From an uncultured Actinomycetes bacterium (lineage in GTDB: Bacteria; Actinomycetota; Acidimicrobiia; Acidimicrobiales; Ilumatobacteraceae): 61,262 nucleotides of DNA. The DNA lies in contig CALEZQ010000157.1 of assembly GCA_937928715.1 (NCBI GenBank), positions 1 through 61,262 on the forward strand, in the 5' to 3' direction. Position 1 is the stretch's first letter; every line of letters starts with the position of its first letter. The position numbers and the translations under genes were made by a program. Below the pieces are notes generated by a model. That model had not been told where the DNA came from. It saw nothing but the letters and a program-made list of their open reading frames with translations, and did not search any database. This document shows positions 26,379-35,067 of this stretch, one piece after another.

Positions 26379-27487
26379 GGCGTGTGCCTTCCTTGGGTCG
26401 TCGACTCGCCGTTCGGACGGGCATGAGAGGTCTGGTGCGCAAGGCCATCCGCTAGATGCCGAACGCACGGTTGGCTTCGCGGAGCCAAGAATGATCGCGG
26501 CGGCCAGAACTTAGGCCAGAGAAAGGCAGCACGATCGGACCATGGAAGTTCGCGAGCGGCCGCCCACCAGGCCGCCTTCCCGTACAAGGGCGGCGTCAGA
26601 TGGTCCTCAAGCGATTCCAATTGCGCCAGTCCTGATTGAGGCAGATGTTGAGCAGCCCTCCAGAGGCCGTGGCTGACAGCCAACTCAACGCGCCAGAATT
26701 TGGAGCGGGCCATGGCTGCTCTCAGGACGTCTGGCCGTGCAGCGAGCAAGCTGGCATCGCGTGCCGAGTGACAGGAGAGGCTCGCTGACCCTGCAAGCCG
26801 AAGCGCCGTGGCGATTAGTCGGCTCGGCGGGTCGAGACACTCGATGGTTGTTCCGTTGAGCGACAGCTGCTCTGTCCTGGCCCCCAACACGTGAATCGGA
26901 ATACGCATTCCGGCCCAACCTCCGACGAGCGTCCGGTGAATCACCACTTGCGTGTTTCCGGCGCGGAGGGTCCGAGTAGACGCGAAGCGGTCGGCCCAAG
27001 CGACACTCGGTGGAGGCAAGAGCTCCGCTCCGCCCACAGACTGGACGACGTCTACCAAGGCGCTGAGGCTGTGCACAGCGAGGAGTTCGACCCTGCCAGC
27101 CGGGCGCAGGTGGGGTGCTGCAGCGTCCTTGTGAGCATTGGCGAGTCCGCCAATTGCGACGAGCCGTGCCCCTGAGCTCTCGGCCTTGTCTGCCAGCGAG
27201 TAGAGCGTCGCTTCGGCTACGGTGCTCTCCTTCTGCTCCGCCAGGGCCCCAGCCGCCAGCGCTCTCAACACCAGTCCTGGCGTCTCCGTGTCTGTAAGCA
27301 GGCTCAGCGCAAGAGAACAAAGGTCTTCGGATCTGCAGCGCTGGAGGAACCAGTCTGCAACGGCTGGAACGGAGAGTATCCCCGGCTGGATTGACGCTTC
27401 GGGCGAGCAGCCCGGAAGATGGGCATGCCTGACCAGTTGCAGCAGACGGTCGCCCGGATGGGTGCCCAGGTCAACGTCGAATCCCAC
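26375..27487 (-). CDS. Second NTP_transf_5-like protein, possibly catalytically degenerate
   Basis: 370 aa with a GTG start. The overall layout resembles the N-terminal half of the 23646 protein, but the position equivalent to RDIDILV reads GRVELLAV, so the acidic residues are not obvious. This is a by-eye similarity only. Confidence 0.5.
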   Translation of the reverse strand: MGFDVDLGTHPGDRLLQLVRHAHLPGCSPEASIQPGILSVPAVADWFLQRCRSEDLCSLALSLLTDTETPGLVLRALAAGALAEQKESTVAEATLYSLADKAESSGARLVAIGGLANAHKDAAAPHLRPAGRVELLAVHSLSALVDVVQSVGGAELLPPPSVAWADRFASTRTLRAGNTQVVIHRTLVGGWAGMRIPIHVLGARTEQLSLNGTTIECLDPPSRLIATALRLAGSASLSCHSARDASLLAARPDVLRAAMARSKFWRVELAVSHGLWRAAQHLPQSGLAQLESLEDHLTPPLYGKAAWWAAARELPWSDRAAFLWPKFWPPRSFLAPRSQPCVRHLADGLAHQTSHARPNGESTTQGRHTP

Positions 27488-27529
27488 AGCCGGCCTCCGA
27501 GTGTCGGGCGAAGTCGAGTGGACCGTGAC

Positions 27530-27913
27530 TCAGCAAGTCTTCACCAGTCCGTTGGAGAGCATCGCCTCGAGGACTCCGTTGACCTGCGACTGGCCACTGT
27601 CGCCGTCAACGGATGGCAACACTTCGCGTGCCACGAGTTTCCGCAGTTGCCTGATGGACGTGGGTGAGGTGAGCAGAGTCCACGCAACTGCGGCAATGCC
27701 CCGCATCTCAACGATCGAGATCTGACCTTGCGACGACCGCGTCGCTGCGACGACAACACTCCCACATAGTCGCCACGCAACGGGACTTCGCTTCACCATG
27801 GTCGTGACGGCGACAATCGTCTGCTCTTCAGACTCCTGTCGAGGACGCGAGCGAGCGTCTGGTGCCCGAGCAGAGACTGCAATCTCGCCGACCGAATGAA
27901 AGGAACTGCTCAT
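27530..27913 (-). CDS. Stand-alone PqqD-family protein (RiPP recognition element-like)
   Basis: ORF 27530..28162; plausible starts are ATG 27913 or ATG 27799 (89 aa, typical PqqD size). VAWRLCGSVVVAATRSSQGQISIVEMRGIAAVAWTLLTSPTSIRQLRKLVAREV...VNGVLEAMLSNGLV follows the PqqD pattern. Confidence 0.65.
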   Translation of the reverse strand: MSSSFHSVGEIAVSARAPDARSRPRQESEEQTIVAVTTMVKRSPVAWRLCGSVVVAATRSSQGQISIVEMRGIAAVAWTLLTSPTSIRQLRKLVAREVLPSVDGDSGQSQVNGVLEAMLSNGLVKTC

Positions 27914-28323
27914 GGCCAAGTATTCAAAGCTGGCTTTCTGCGTCGTAGCCAATTGGAGCGAGTTGTCCGGCTCCCTGCACCACGGTCTTCTCAGCCGCTG
28001 GCTTAGGACATCTCCGGCGGGATGTGTGCATGAAGGGATCACTTGGGAGGGTAAAGACGCGGCGCGTCCACTTGCGACGTCGCCTGATTTCCAGCATGAC
28101 GCGTGGCCGAATCGAACCAGAAAAGATCTATGCCTGTGGGACGGGGGAGCGCCCAAAGGCACTTGACAATCTCAGCTCGCGCTACCAGGAGCATCCACCA
28201 AAGTTGCTGATTCGTTTCAAGTGTTCAGGGCATAGTCTGAGTCTGGCGCCCGACGGTGAAGTGAGCGGAGGAACCCGAGTTTCCGTTCGCGATGCACTGC
28301 CTATCCAAGTGAGGATCTTTACC

Positions 28324-30093
28324 ATGAGCTGGGTCCAACCCAACCACAAATCTCCTACGCGTCGCTTTCCTGGCGCGCTGGCACTCGCCGGTGTCGCCCT
28401 CGTAGGCGGTCTGGGCGCAGCGGCGTCTTCAGCAGCCGCTCCGGTCGACCCGGACTCCGGACCAACGACCGGTGGCGACACCGTCACTATCGCCGTTCCG
28501 CAACATTTGAGTTTCGTCGAGGTCGCGGCGGCCGCATCGTTCGCACTCGCGCTGTCGGTTGACGGTACCGTCTGCGCCTGGGGCAGCATCTACCCGGGGC
28601 TTGGAGACGCGGCCATGACTGAGACGAGCTCGACCCCTGTGACGGTGGCATTCCCTGTGGGCACCGTCATCACCGACATCTCCGCTCACAGTGCCTTCGC
28701 CGTCGCGCTCAGCGCAGACGACCAGGTGTACACCTGGGGCCAGTCACCTCCAGGCGCCGGTATCAGTCCGAACGAAGCAGCAACCCCCACAGCGATCGTG
28801 GGTATTCCCGCAGGAACCGACATCGTGCAGGTCGTGAACTCCTCGGCGGGGTCGGGCGGCAACTATGGCCTAGCGCTGACGGCTGATGGAGATGTGTATG
28901 GCTGGGGGAGCGGCTCCTACGGCGTGCTCGGTGTCGGCTCCGATGGGATGAACCTCTCGTCCGACACGGCCATCCTTGTACCGCTCCCGAATCTCCCGGC
29001 AGGAGTGACGCTGGTGCAACTGGCCGCAGGGCCGACAAGTGTGGTCGCAATCGGCTCCGACGGTGCTGTGTACACCTGGGGTTCGAACAGCTACGGTGAA
29101 CGCGGTGTTGGCGACGCCAGTACTCCGACGGTGACGCCCTCGCCAGTTGCGATGGTCAATGTGCCCGTCAGCGAGACTGTGGTCGCCATCGCCGCAGGAG
29201 GGACAGTCAGTTGGCCGGTGAACTTCTTCGTCACGGATGCTGGATCGGTCTACTCGTGGGGTGCAAACGAGCGTGGGGTCGCAGGGCGCTCCTTCGAATC
29301 GGGTACCGACGGATACACCCCGGGGCTCGTTGACCTGCCGTCCGGGGTGGTCGCGACCTCTGTTAATGCCGGAGGCGACACCATCAGCGCCACAACCTCT
29401 ACGGGTGCCGCCTACGCTTGGGGCCTCAACTACGAGGGGCAGTTTGCCAATGGTTCGACAGATCCGTCTCAGACAGCGACACCGACTCTCGTTAACGGTG
29501 GCGTACCTTTCGTCTCCGTCGTCCCTGGCGGCGGCAGCAACGCCGGGGCAGTGATTGCCCTGCCGACAGCAGGCGGTGTGCTTGGCTGGGGCTCTACAAC
29601 ACGCTCGATGGCTGGACCACCAGGCGACCCGGCGACAACGCCGGTAGCCATCGACTTCGGTGTTCTTTCCGTCACCTCGGTGACGTTCGGTGGCACCCCG
29701 GCAGCAGTGACGAGCGAACAGCCCGGTTCCGTGACGGTAGCGGTTCCATCGCACGCCGAGGGTCAGGTCGATGTAGTCGTAACGGTCGCATGCGAGTACT
29801 GCGGCGCATCGACAACCGTTCTGTACGAGTCCGCGTACACCTATGTTGAGTTGACGTCTACAACCTCAACCGAGGCCACCACCACGACGACGACGTTGCC
29901 AACCGCGACATCAACCATTGCACCAAATACGACAACCCTGACTGAGGCGACCACAACCACCGCCCTTGGCGCCGCGCCCATTTTGCCGGTGACGGGCGGG
30001 CGTTCAAGGGACGCAGTGGTACTTGGTGGCCTGCTGGCCGCCGGAGGCGCCGCACTGATTCTCGTGTCGCGTCGTCGCCTTCGAGGTGCCTAG
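28324..30093 (+). CDS. RCC1-repeat (beta-propeller) surface protein with IPT/TIG-like domains, a Thr-rich stalk and an LPVTG sorting signal
   Basis: ATG 28324 with GAGGA 8 nt upstream. Signal: RRFPGALALAGVALVGGLGAAASSAAAP. Repeated VY(T/S)WG..(S/N).G.LG RCC1 blades. The stalk is TSTTSTEATTTTTTLPTATSTIAPNTTTLTEATTTT. LPVTG (29983-29997) is followed by a hydrophobic helix and RRRLRGA. Confidence 0.85.
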   Translation: MSWVQPNHKSPTRRFPGALALAGVALVGGLGAAASSAAAPVDPDSGPTTGGDTVTIAVPQHLSFVEVAAAASFALALSVDGTVCAWGSIYPGLGDAAMTETSSTPVTVAFPVGTVITDISAHSAFAVALSADDQVYTWGQSPPGAGISPNEAATPTAIVGIPAGTDIVQVVNSSAGSGGNYGLALTADGDVYGWGSGSYGVLGVGSDGMNLSSDTAILVPLPNLPAGVTLVQLAAGPTSVVAIGSDGAVYTWGSNSYGERGVGDASTPTVTPSPVAMVNVPVSETVVAIAAGGTVSWPVNFFVTDAGSVYSWGANERGVAGRSFESGTDGYTPGLVDLPSGVVATSVNAGGDTISATTSTGAAYAWGLNYEGQFANGSTDPSQTATPTLVNGGVPFVSVVPGGGSNAGAVIALPTAGGVLGWGSTTRSMAGPPGDPATTPVAIDFGVLSVTSVTFGGTPAAVTSEQPGSVTVAVPSHAEGQVDVVVTVACEYCGASTTVLYESAYTYVELTSTTSTEATTTTTTLPTATSTIAPNTTTLTEATTTTALGAAPILPVTGGRSRDAVVLGGLLAAGGAALILVSRRRLRGA

Positions 30094-30117
30094 CTAGCTA
30101 CTTCGCCCTGAAGAAGT
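30094..30117. repeat. IS5-like left terminal inverted repeat
   Basis: Exact reverse complement of 31666-31689. Confidence 0.85.
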
Positions 30118-30199
30118 CCTGGTGAAAGGGCTCGCGTTGAGCGCGTGATTGTGGTTCGATGGCTCCAACCCGTACTGGTACTACGGATCGGAGCCATCG

Positions 30200-31580
30200 A
30201 TGTTGCGAACGGTAGGCGATCAGCCGACGTGGTGGGAATCGCTGTTGCCGCCCGAAGCGCTGGTGATGCCCGTCGAGCTCGAGCGTGTCGATCGGCTCCT
30301 CGATGACGTCCGGTTCTTCGCGCCGTTCGTGCCGTTCTTCCACGCCACGCACGGGCGGCCGTCGATCCCGATCGAGACGTATCTGCGGTTGATGTTCTTG
30401 AAGTACCGGTATCGGCTCGGGTTCGAGACGCTGTGCCGGGAAGTGACGGACTCGATCACGTGGCAGCGCTTCTGCCGGATCCCGCTCGGTGGTCGGGTGC
30501 CGCACCCGACGACGCTGATGAAGATCACGACCCGCTGCGGCCAGCAGGCCATCGACGCGTTGAACGAGGCGCTGCTCGCGAAGGCGACGAGGCCAAGGTG
30601 TCGAAGACGAACCGGTTGCGGGCGGACACGACGGTGGTCGAAGCGAACGTGTCGTATCCGTCGGACTCGTCGCTGCTGGCGAAGGGTGTCGCGCGGATGG
30701 CGCGCTCGGTGCAACGTCTGAAGGCGGTGGGGTTGGCGTCGCGGACGAGGTTCTCGAACCGGACGCGCAGCGTGCAGTCGCGGGCGCGGTCGATCAACGC
30801 GAACCTGCGACGCCGCAGCGACGACAAACTCGTCGAGGTCCGCCGGATCAACGGTGAGCTCGCTGCGATCGCAGAGCATGCGGTGCGCCAGGCCGAGCGG
30901 GTGGTCCGAACGCCCGCCGCAAGCTCGCATCGAGCAGCCAGCCATGCGGGCGGGCTCGTGTCGAGATCAACCGGTTGGAACAGCTCGCCGAGCGGACTCG
31001 CAAGATCGCCGCCCAGTGCCGCCAACGCCTAGCCGGGACAACGCCGGACGGTGCGACGCGGGTCGTGTCGTTGCATGATCCCGACGCGCGGCCGATCGTG
31101 AAGGGCCGCCTCGGTCGTCCGGTTGAGTTCGGCTACAAGGCACAGATCGTCGACAACGAAGACGGCATCATCGTCGACCACAACGTCGAGCAAGGCAACC
31201 CGGCCGACGCACCCCAGCTCGTCCCGGCGATCGAGCGCGTGAAGCAGCGCACCGGCCGGGCGCCGCGGGCTGTGACCGCCGATCGCGGCTACGGCGACGC
31301 CGGTGTCGAGAACGACCTGCGTGATCTCGGAGTGCGCTACCCGGCGATCCCGACGAAGGGCAAACCCAACGCGGCGCGTCGCCAGGTCGAGCAACGACGA
31401 GCATTCCGCCGACTCGTCCGATGGCGCACCGGCAGCGAAGGGCGCATCAACTGCGCGAAACGCGACTTCGGCCTCGCCCGCACCCGCTACACCGGCATCG
31501 AAGGCGCCCGAACCTGGTGCGGCCACGGCGTGTTCAACCACAACCTCGTCAAGATCGCAGCCCTCACCGACACCAACTGA
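30200..31580 (+). pseudogene. IS5-family transposase disrupted by two -1 frameshifts
   Basis: The reading runs through three frames. First: MLRTVGDQPTWWESLLP...ALNEALLAKA. Shift near 30586 to EAKVSKTNRLRADTTVVEANVSYPSDSSLLAKG...AERVV. Shift near 30909 to NARRKLA...VSLHDPDARPIVKGRLGRPVEFGYKAQIVDNEDG...ADRGY. No slippery heptamer is visible at either site. Confidence 0.75.
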
Positions 31581-31665
31581 CCGACCGACACCCAGCACGA
31601 ACCGTGACCGTTCGCCACCGGTCCGAGAGCCACCGACCGAGCACCACGACGCTCCAGCGCCACCT

Positions 31666-31689
31666 ACTTCTTCAGGGCGAAGTAGCTAG
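31666..31689. repeat. IS5-like right terminal inverted repeat
   Basis: Exact reverse complement of 30094-30117. Confidence 0.85.
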
Positions 31690-31699
31690 GTATAGCTAG

Positions 31700-32300
31700 G
31701 ACTCGCAAGCCAGGGCCGCTAGCGCAAAGGCCTGCGGCCGCGTCACAGTGGTAACTCCCGCGCAAGAACTCGCGCCGCGACAAGCCAACCACGCGGTTAC
31801 CGCAATCGCGATGCCGCAACTGTGCTGGCGGGATCCACCTCCAGGAACCAACGAGAATCCGCCGATTCGGAGGAAGGCCAACCGAACCCGGCGCGGCACA
31901 ATCGGGGTCGTCTTCTCCGACATCCCGCTCGATGGTCGGCGTCGACACAAGGCAACTGGCAACGACCTCGCTCCTCCGCTCGGAACGAAGTCACGGTCCG
32001 GGGCGGGCCCCGCATGGTCGCCCCGGACCGGCCGGTTGCCGCACCGGCAGGTCCGATCCGGTAGCCGGCAGACTCGGCGCATCGCCGGGCAGAATGGTGT
32101 CCTGCCGGAGTTCCGAGAAACCCGACACCGGTTCCTAGCATTGGGACCTCGCGCGTGCGATCCAGCCCCCTGCAACTGCCAGCCCAAATGCGGTACCGGC
32201 AACAATCGCACCGACCAACACCCGCTGAGACTCGTACAGCCAAGTCAACACGAGGGCAACTAAGGCTGTGAGCACCATCTGCAGGGTTCTCGTCGTCGTT
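31700..32300 (-). pseudogene. Frameshifted, diverged paralog of the membrane-protein gene at 38904..39716
   Basis: 32143-32299 aligns to 39274-39430 at roughly 85-90% identity by eye. LQMVLTALVALVLTWLYESQRVLVGAIVAGTAFGLAVAGGWIARARS corresponds to LQKVLAAIVALGLTWLYVYQRVLVRAVVAGTAFGLAVAGVWIARARS. A 1-nt difference creates a TAG at 32135-32137. Weaker similarity continues in other frames down to about 31700. Confidence 0.45.
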
Positions 32301-32419
32301 GAGCTGGTGCGGCTTGCGTGATGCTTGCCGGTGTGGGCCGCGACGACGGCTGCGGTGTGGGTGTGCTTGTGCGGGTCGACACCGATGACGATGTCGACGG
32401 TGTCTGCGAGGATGGTCAT
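32295..32419 (-). pseudogene. IS110-family transposase N-terminal remnant fused to the paralog fragment (chimeric ORF 32135..32494)
   Basis: The ATG at 32419 has a strong SD (AAGGAGA, 6-nt spacing). MTILADTVDIVIGVDPHKHTHTAAVVAAHTGK resembles the DEDD/IS110 N-terminal block (v.GvDpHK..hta.vvd..G). Only about 40 codons are present. Confidence 0.4.
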
Positions 32420-32659
32420 GACGCTGTCTCCTTGATCGAGGTGGTGTTGCGGTTTCGGTCGATCTCGGGCTGCGACAGATCTGTGATGGGACACGCCAGC
32501 GCAGTTGCTATGCGTCAGCGGTCAAGCTCCTGATCAGGTCAACGGGCTCCGGGATGGGCCGGGTCCGGTGCGCGTCGTCGACAAGTCCTATTGAAGGCAG
32601 CAGTGCGCCAATGGAGTCACGGGTCAGACGACACGACACCGAACAGAACCGAACCACGG

Positions 32660-32682
32660 CTGTCAACGACGCTCGAAAACTG
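32660..32682. repeat. IS21 left terminal inverted repeat
   Basis: Exact reverse complement of 34440-34462. Confidence 0.85.
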
Positions 32683-32725
32683 GTCAGTAGCGACGGTCGA
32701 AAAGTGAACACTCGAAGATTGGAGA

Positions 32726-33730
32726 GTGATCACTTTGGAAGATTGGGCGTTGATTCGCAGGTTGTCGGCGGAGGGGGTGCCGAAGGCTCAGATCGCTCAG
32801 CGGTTGGGGATCTCGCGCACGACTGTGGTGAGGGCGGTGATGTCGTCGGCGCCACCGAGGTATGAGCGGGCGCCGGTGGTGACGTCGTTTGCGCCGTTCG
32901 AGGCGCGGGTGCGGGAGTTGCTGGCCGAGTTTCCGGAGATGCCGGCAACGGTGCTTGCGGAGCGGGTTGGCTGGTCGGGGTCGATCACGTGGTTCCGCGA
33001 CAACGTGCGTCGGTTGCGACCTGAGCATCGCCGTCCGGATCCGGCTGATCGGCTGGTGTGGGCGGCGGGTGATGCTGCGCAGTGCGATCTGTGGTTCCCG
33101 CCGAAGCGGATCCCGCTCGAGAACGGCGCGACTGCGTTGCTGCCGGTGTTGGTGATGGTCGCTGCGCACTCGCGGTTCACGACGGGTCGGATGATCCCGT
33201 CGCGACAGACGCCGGACCTGTTGCTGGGGACGTGGTCGTTGTTGCAGGATCTGGGCAGGGTGCCGCGCCGGTTGATCTGGGACAATGAGGCCGGGATCGG
33301 TCGACGCGGGCGGCTGGCCGCGGGTGTGGGCGAGTTCTGCGGAACGTTGGCTACCCGGGTGCATCAACTCCGCCCGCATGACCCTGAGTCCAAAGGTGTC
33401 GTTGAACGCCGCAACGGGTTCTTCGAGACTTCGTTCATGCTCGGCCGGAAGTTTGTGTCGCCAGCCGATTTCAACGCCCAGTTCACCGAGTGGTTGCAGC
33501 TCGCCAACAGCCGTGAGGTGCGCACGATCAAGGCCCGACCGATCGATCTTGTCGACGCGGACCGGGCAGCGATGCTGGCGTTGCCGCCAGTGCCGGTGCA
33601 GCTCGGATGGCGCAACGAGATCCGTCTCGGTCGCGACTACTACGTGCGTGTCGACTCGTCCGACTACTCGGTGGACCCGAACGCAATCGGCCGGCTCGTT
33701 GTCGTCACCGCTGATCTTGACACGAGGACT
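32726..33730 (+). pseudogene. istA: IS21 IstA transposase, 3'-truncated by the internal deletion
   Basis: HTH: ITLEDWALIRRLSAEGVPKAQIAQRLGISRTTVVRAV. DDE-region blocks: CDLWFP, LVMVAAHSRF, RLIWDNEAGI, HDPESKGVVER. IstA-like sequence stops at ADLDTR (~33725), after which the frame yields low-complexity P/S/T/R text. Confidence 0.8.
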
Positions 33731-33741
33731 ACCTCGCCGCC

Positions 33742-34392
33742 GTGCTCGAACGCGAGGTCTCAGCCCGCAACGCGTCCGGTGCCGAACAACGCATCCGCTG
33801 GGCCGGATTCCCGGCCCGCAAGACCCTCGACGACTTCGACTGGGACCACCAGCCCACCGTTCGTCAGCAAGTCGCCGCGCTCGCCTCCGGCGCGTTCCTC
33901 GCCGAAGCCCGCAACGTCGTGCTCCTCGGCCCGCCCGGCACCGGCAAAACCCACCTCGCCACCGCGCTCGGCGTGACCGCCGCCCACCACGGGCATCGGG
34001 TGTTGTTCGCCACCGCCGTCGACTGGGTCGCCCGGCTCCAAGACGCACACCGCCACGGCCGGCTGCCCACCGAGCTCGCCCGGCTCCGCCGCTACGGACT
34101 GATCATCATCGACGAAGTCGGCTACCTGCCCTTCGAGCAAGACGCCGCGAACCTCGTGTTCCAACTCGTGTCATCGCGCTACGAACACGCCTCGCTGATC
34201 CTCACCTCGAACCTGCCCTTCTCAGCCTGGGGTGGCGTGTTCGGCGACCAGGCCGTCGCCGCAGCGATGATCGACCGCATCGTCCACCACGCCGACGTCC
34301 TCACCCTGAAAGGCGCCAGCTACCGGCTCCGCAACCGCGGCATCGACACCCTGCCCAGCATCCGCACCACCACCAACGACACCCACAGCTAA
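33742..34392 (+). pseudogene. istB: IS21 IstB ATP-binding helper, 5'-truncated
   Basis: IstB-like text begins abruptly at (D)YLAAVLEREVSARNASGAEQRIRWAGFPARKTLDDFDW. Walker A: LLGPPGTGKTHLA. Walker B: LIIIDEVGY. The usual ~40-aa N-terminus is missing, and the frame differs from the istA frame at the junction. Confidence 0.8.
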
Positions 34393-34439
34393 CATCCAAC
34401 ACCAACACAACCGTTCACCTTTCGGCCGTCACAAACGCG

Positions 34440-34462
34440 CAGTTTTCGAGCGTCGTTGACAG
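34440..34462. repeat. IS21 right terminal inverted repeat
   Basis: Exact reverse complement of 32660-32682. Confidence 0.85.
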
Positions 34463-34731
34463 ACGGTCAGTCTCTCGATTCGCCCAGCTTTCTGCCAGGC
34501 AACGCCGTAATGAGCAGACGTTTGGGAACGTCATGGAGTTGTGAGGAACGCAAACACGACTCGACCCGACCGGCATCAAGCCGGCAGCCGAGATCACCGC
34601 TTCAACCGGCAACCGGGTCAGACACGCGTGTTCCTTCACATCAGGCGGTCATCGAACAACCCAGACGCATCAATCGAGGCTTCGGGTCTGCCTCGCATGG
34701 CTTTCAGCATCGACGGTGCCGTATCCGCCGT

Positions 34732-35016
34732 ATGTCGAAACTGGGTGCGCTGCAGCAACTTCTACAAGACCTCGAAGCGATCGGCGTGGACAACGCGCAC
34801 GACGTGTGGGTTGGGGAACGGATCACCACCGCAGCAGACAAGGACGGCCTCGAGCTACCTGAGTGGATGCGGGCACAGCTCGGCGCCGCAACACTCCCCG
34901 AAGAAATCTCCCGGCAGCGAGGCGTCGAGGGAGTTGCCCACATCGTGTTCTGGCGATTCTCAAAGACCGGTCCTATCGACGGTATGGTCGTCAATCTCGA
35001 CAACGGATCCGACTGA
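34732..35016 (+). CDS. Hypothetical 94-aa protein
   Basis: Internal ATG of ORF 34456..35016 (MSKLGALQQLLQDLEAIG...). It sits 51 bp upstream of the HEPN-like gene. No family was recognised. Confidence 0.4.
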   Translation: MSKLGALQQLLQDLEAIGVDNAHDVWVGERITTAADKDGLELPEWMRAQLGAATLPEEISRQRGVEGVAHIVFWRFSKTGPIDGMVVNLDNGSD

Positions 35017-35067
35017 CGAACCATTCGCCGTGCTTCGCGTTGCCCAGGACGACGAACCGGGTCACCG

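Larger units (their letters stand above)
30094..31689 (+). mobile_element. IS5-superfamily insertion sequence (DUF772-type N-terminus plus DDE domain) with perfect 24-bp terminal inverted repeats
   Basis: IRL ctagctacttcgccctgaagaagt (30094-30117) is the reverse complement of IRR (31666-31689). If the outer CTAG is instead a target duplication, the IRs are 20 bp. The element starts immediately after the TAG stop (30091-30093) of the RCC1 gene. Confidence 0.8.
32660..34462 (+). mobile_element. IS21-family element with an internal deletion (defective)
   Basis: 23-bp perfect terminal IRs: ctgtcaacgacgctcgaaaactg (32660-32682) and its reverse complement (34440-34462). Subterminal repeats are gacggtcgaaaagtgaac and gttcacctttcggccgtc. 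The candidate 4-bp target duplication ACGG sits at 32656-32659 and 34463-34466. At about 1.8 kb the element is short for IS21. Confidence 0.85.

Noticed and set aside
27912-28166. 84-aa plus-strand ORF (MAKYSKLAFCVV...) divergent from the PqqD gene, considered as a precursor-peptide candidate
   Set aside because: There is no SD and only unremarkable third-position GC. Its start codon overlaps the PqqD start on the other strand, and the sequence has no leader/core-like features. It cannot be excluded without expression data.
32684-34048. 454-aa minus-strand ORF across the IS21 element
   Set aside because: It is extremely Arg/Pro-rich antisense text. The plus strand encodes recognisable IstA and IstB.
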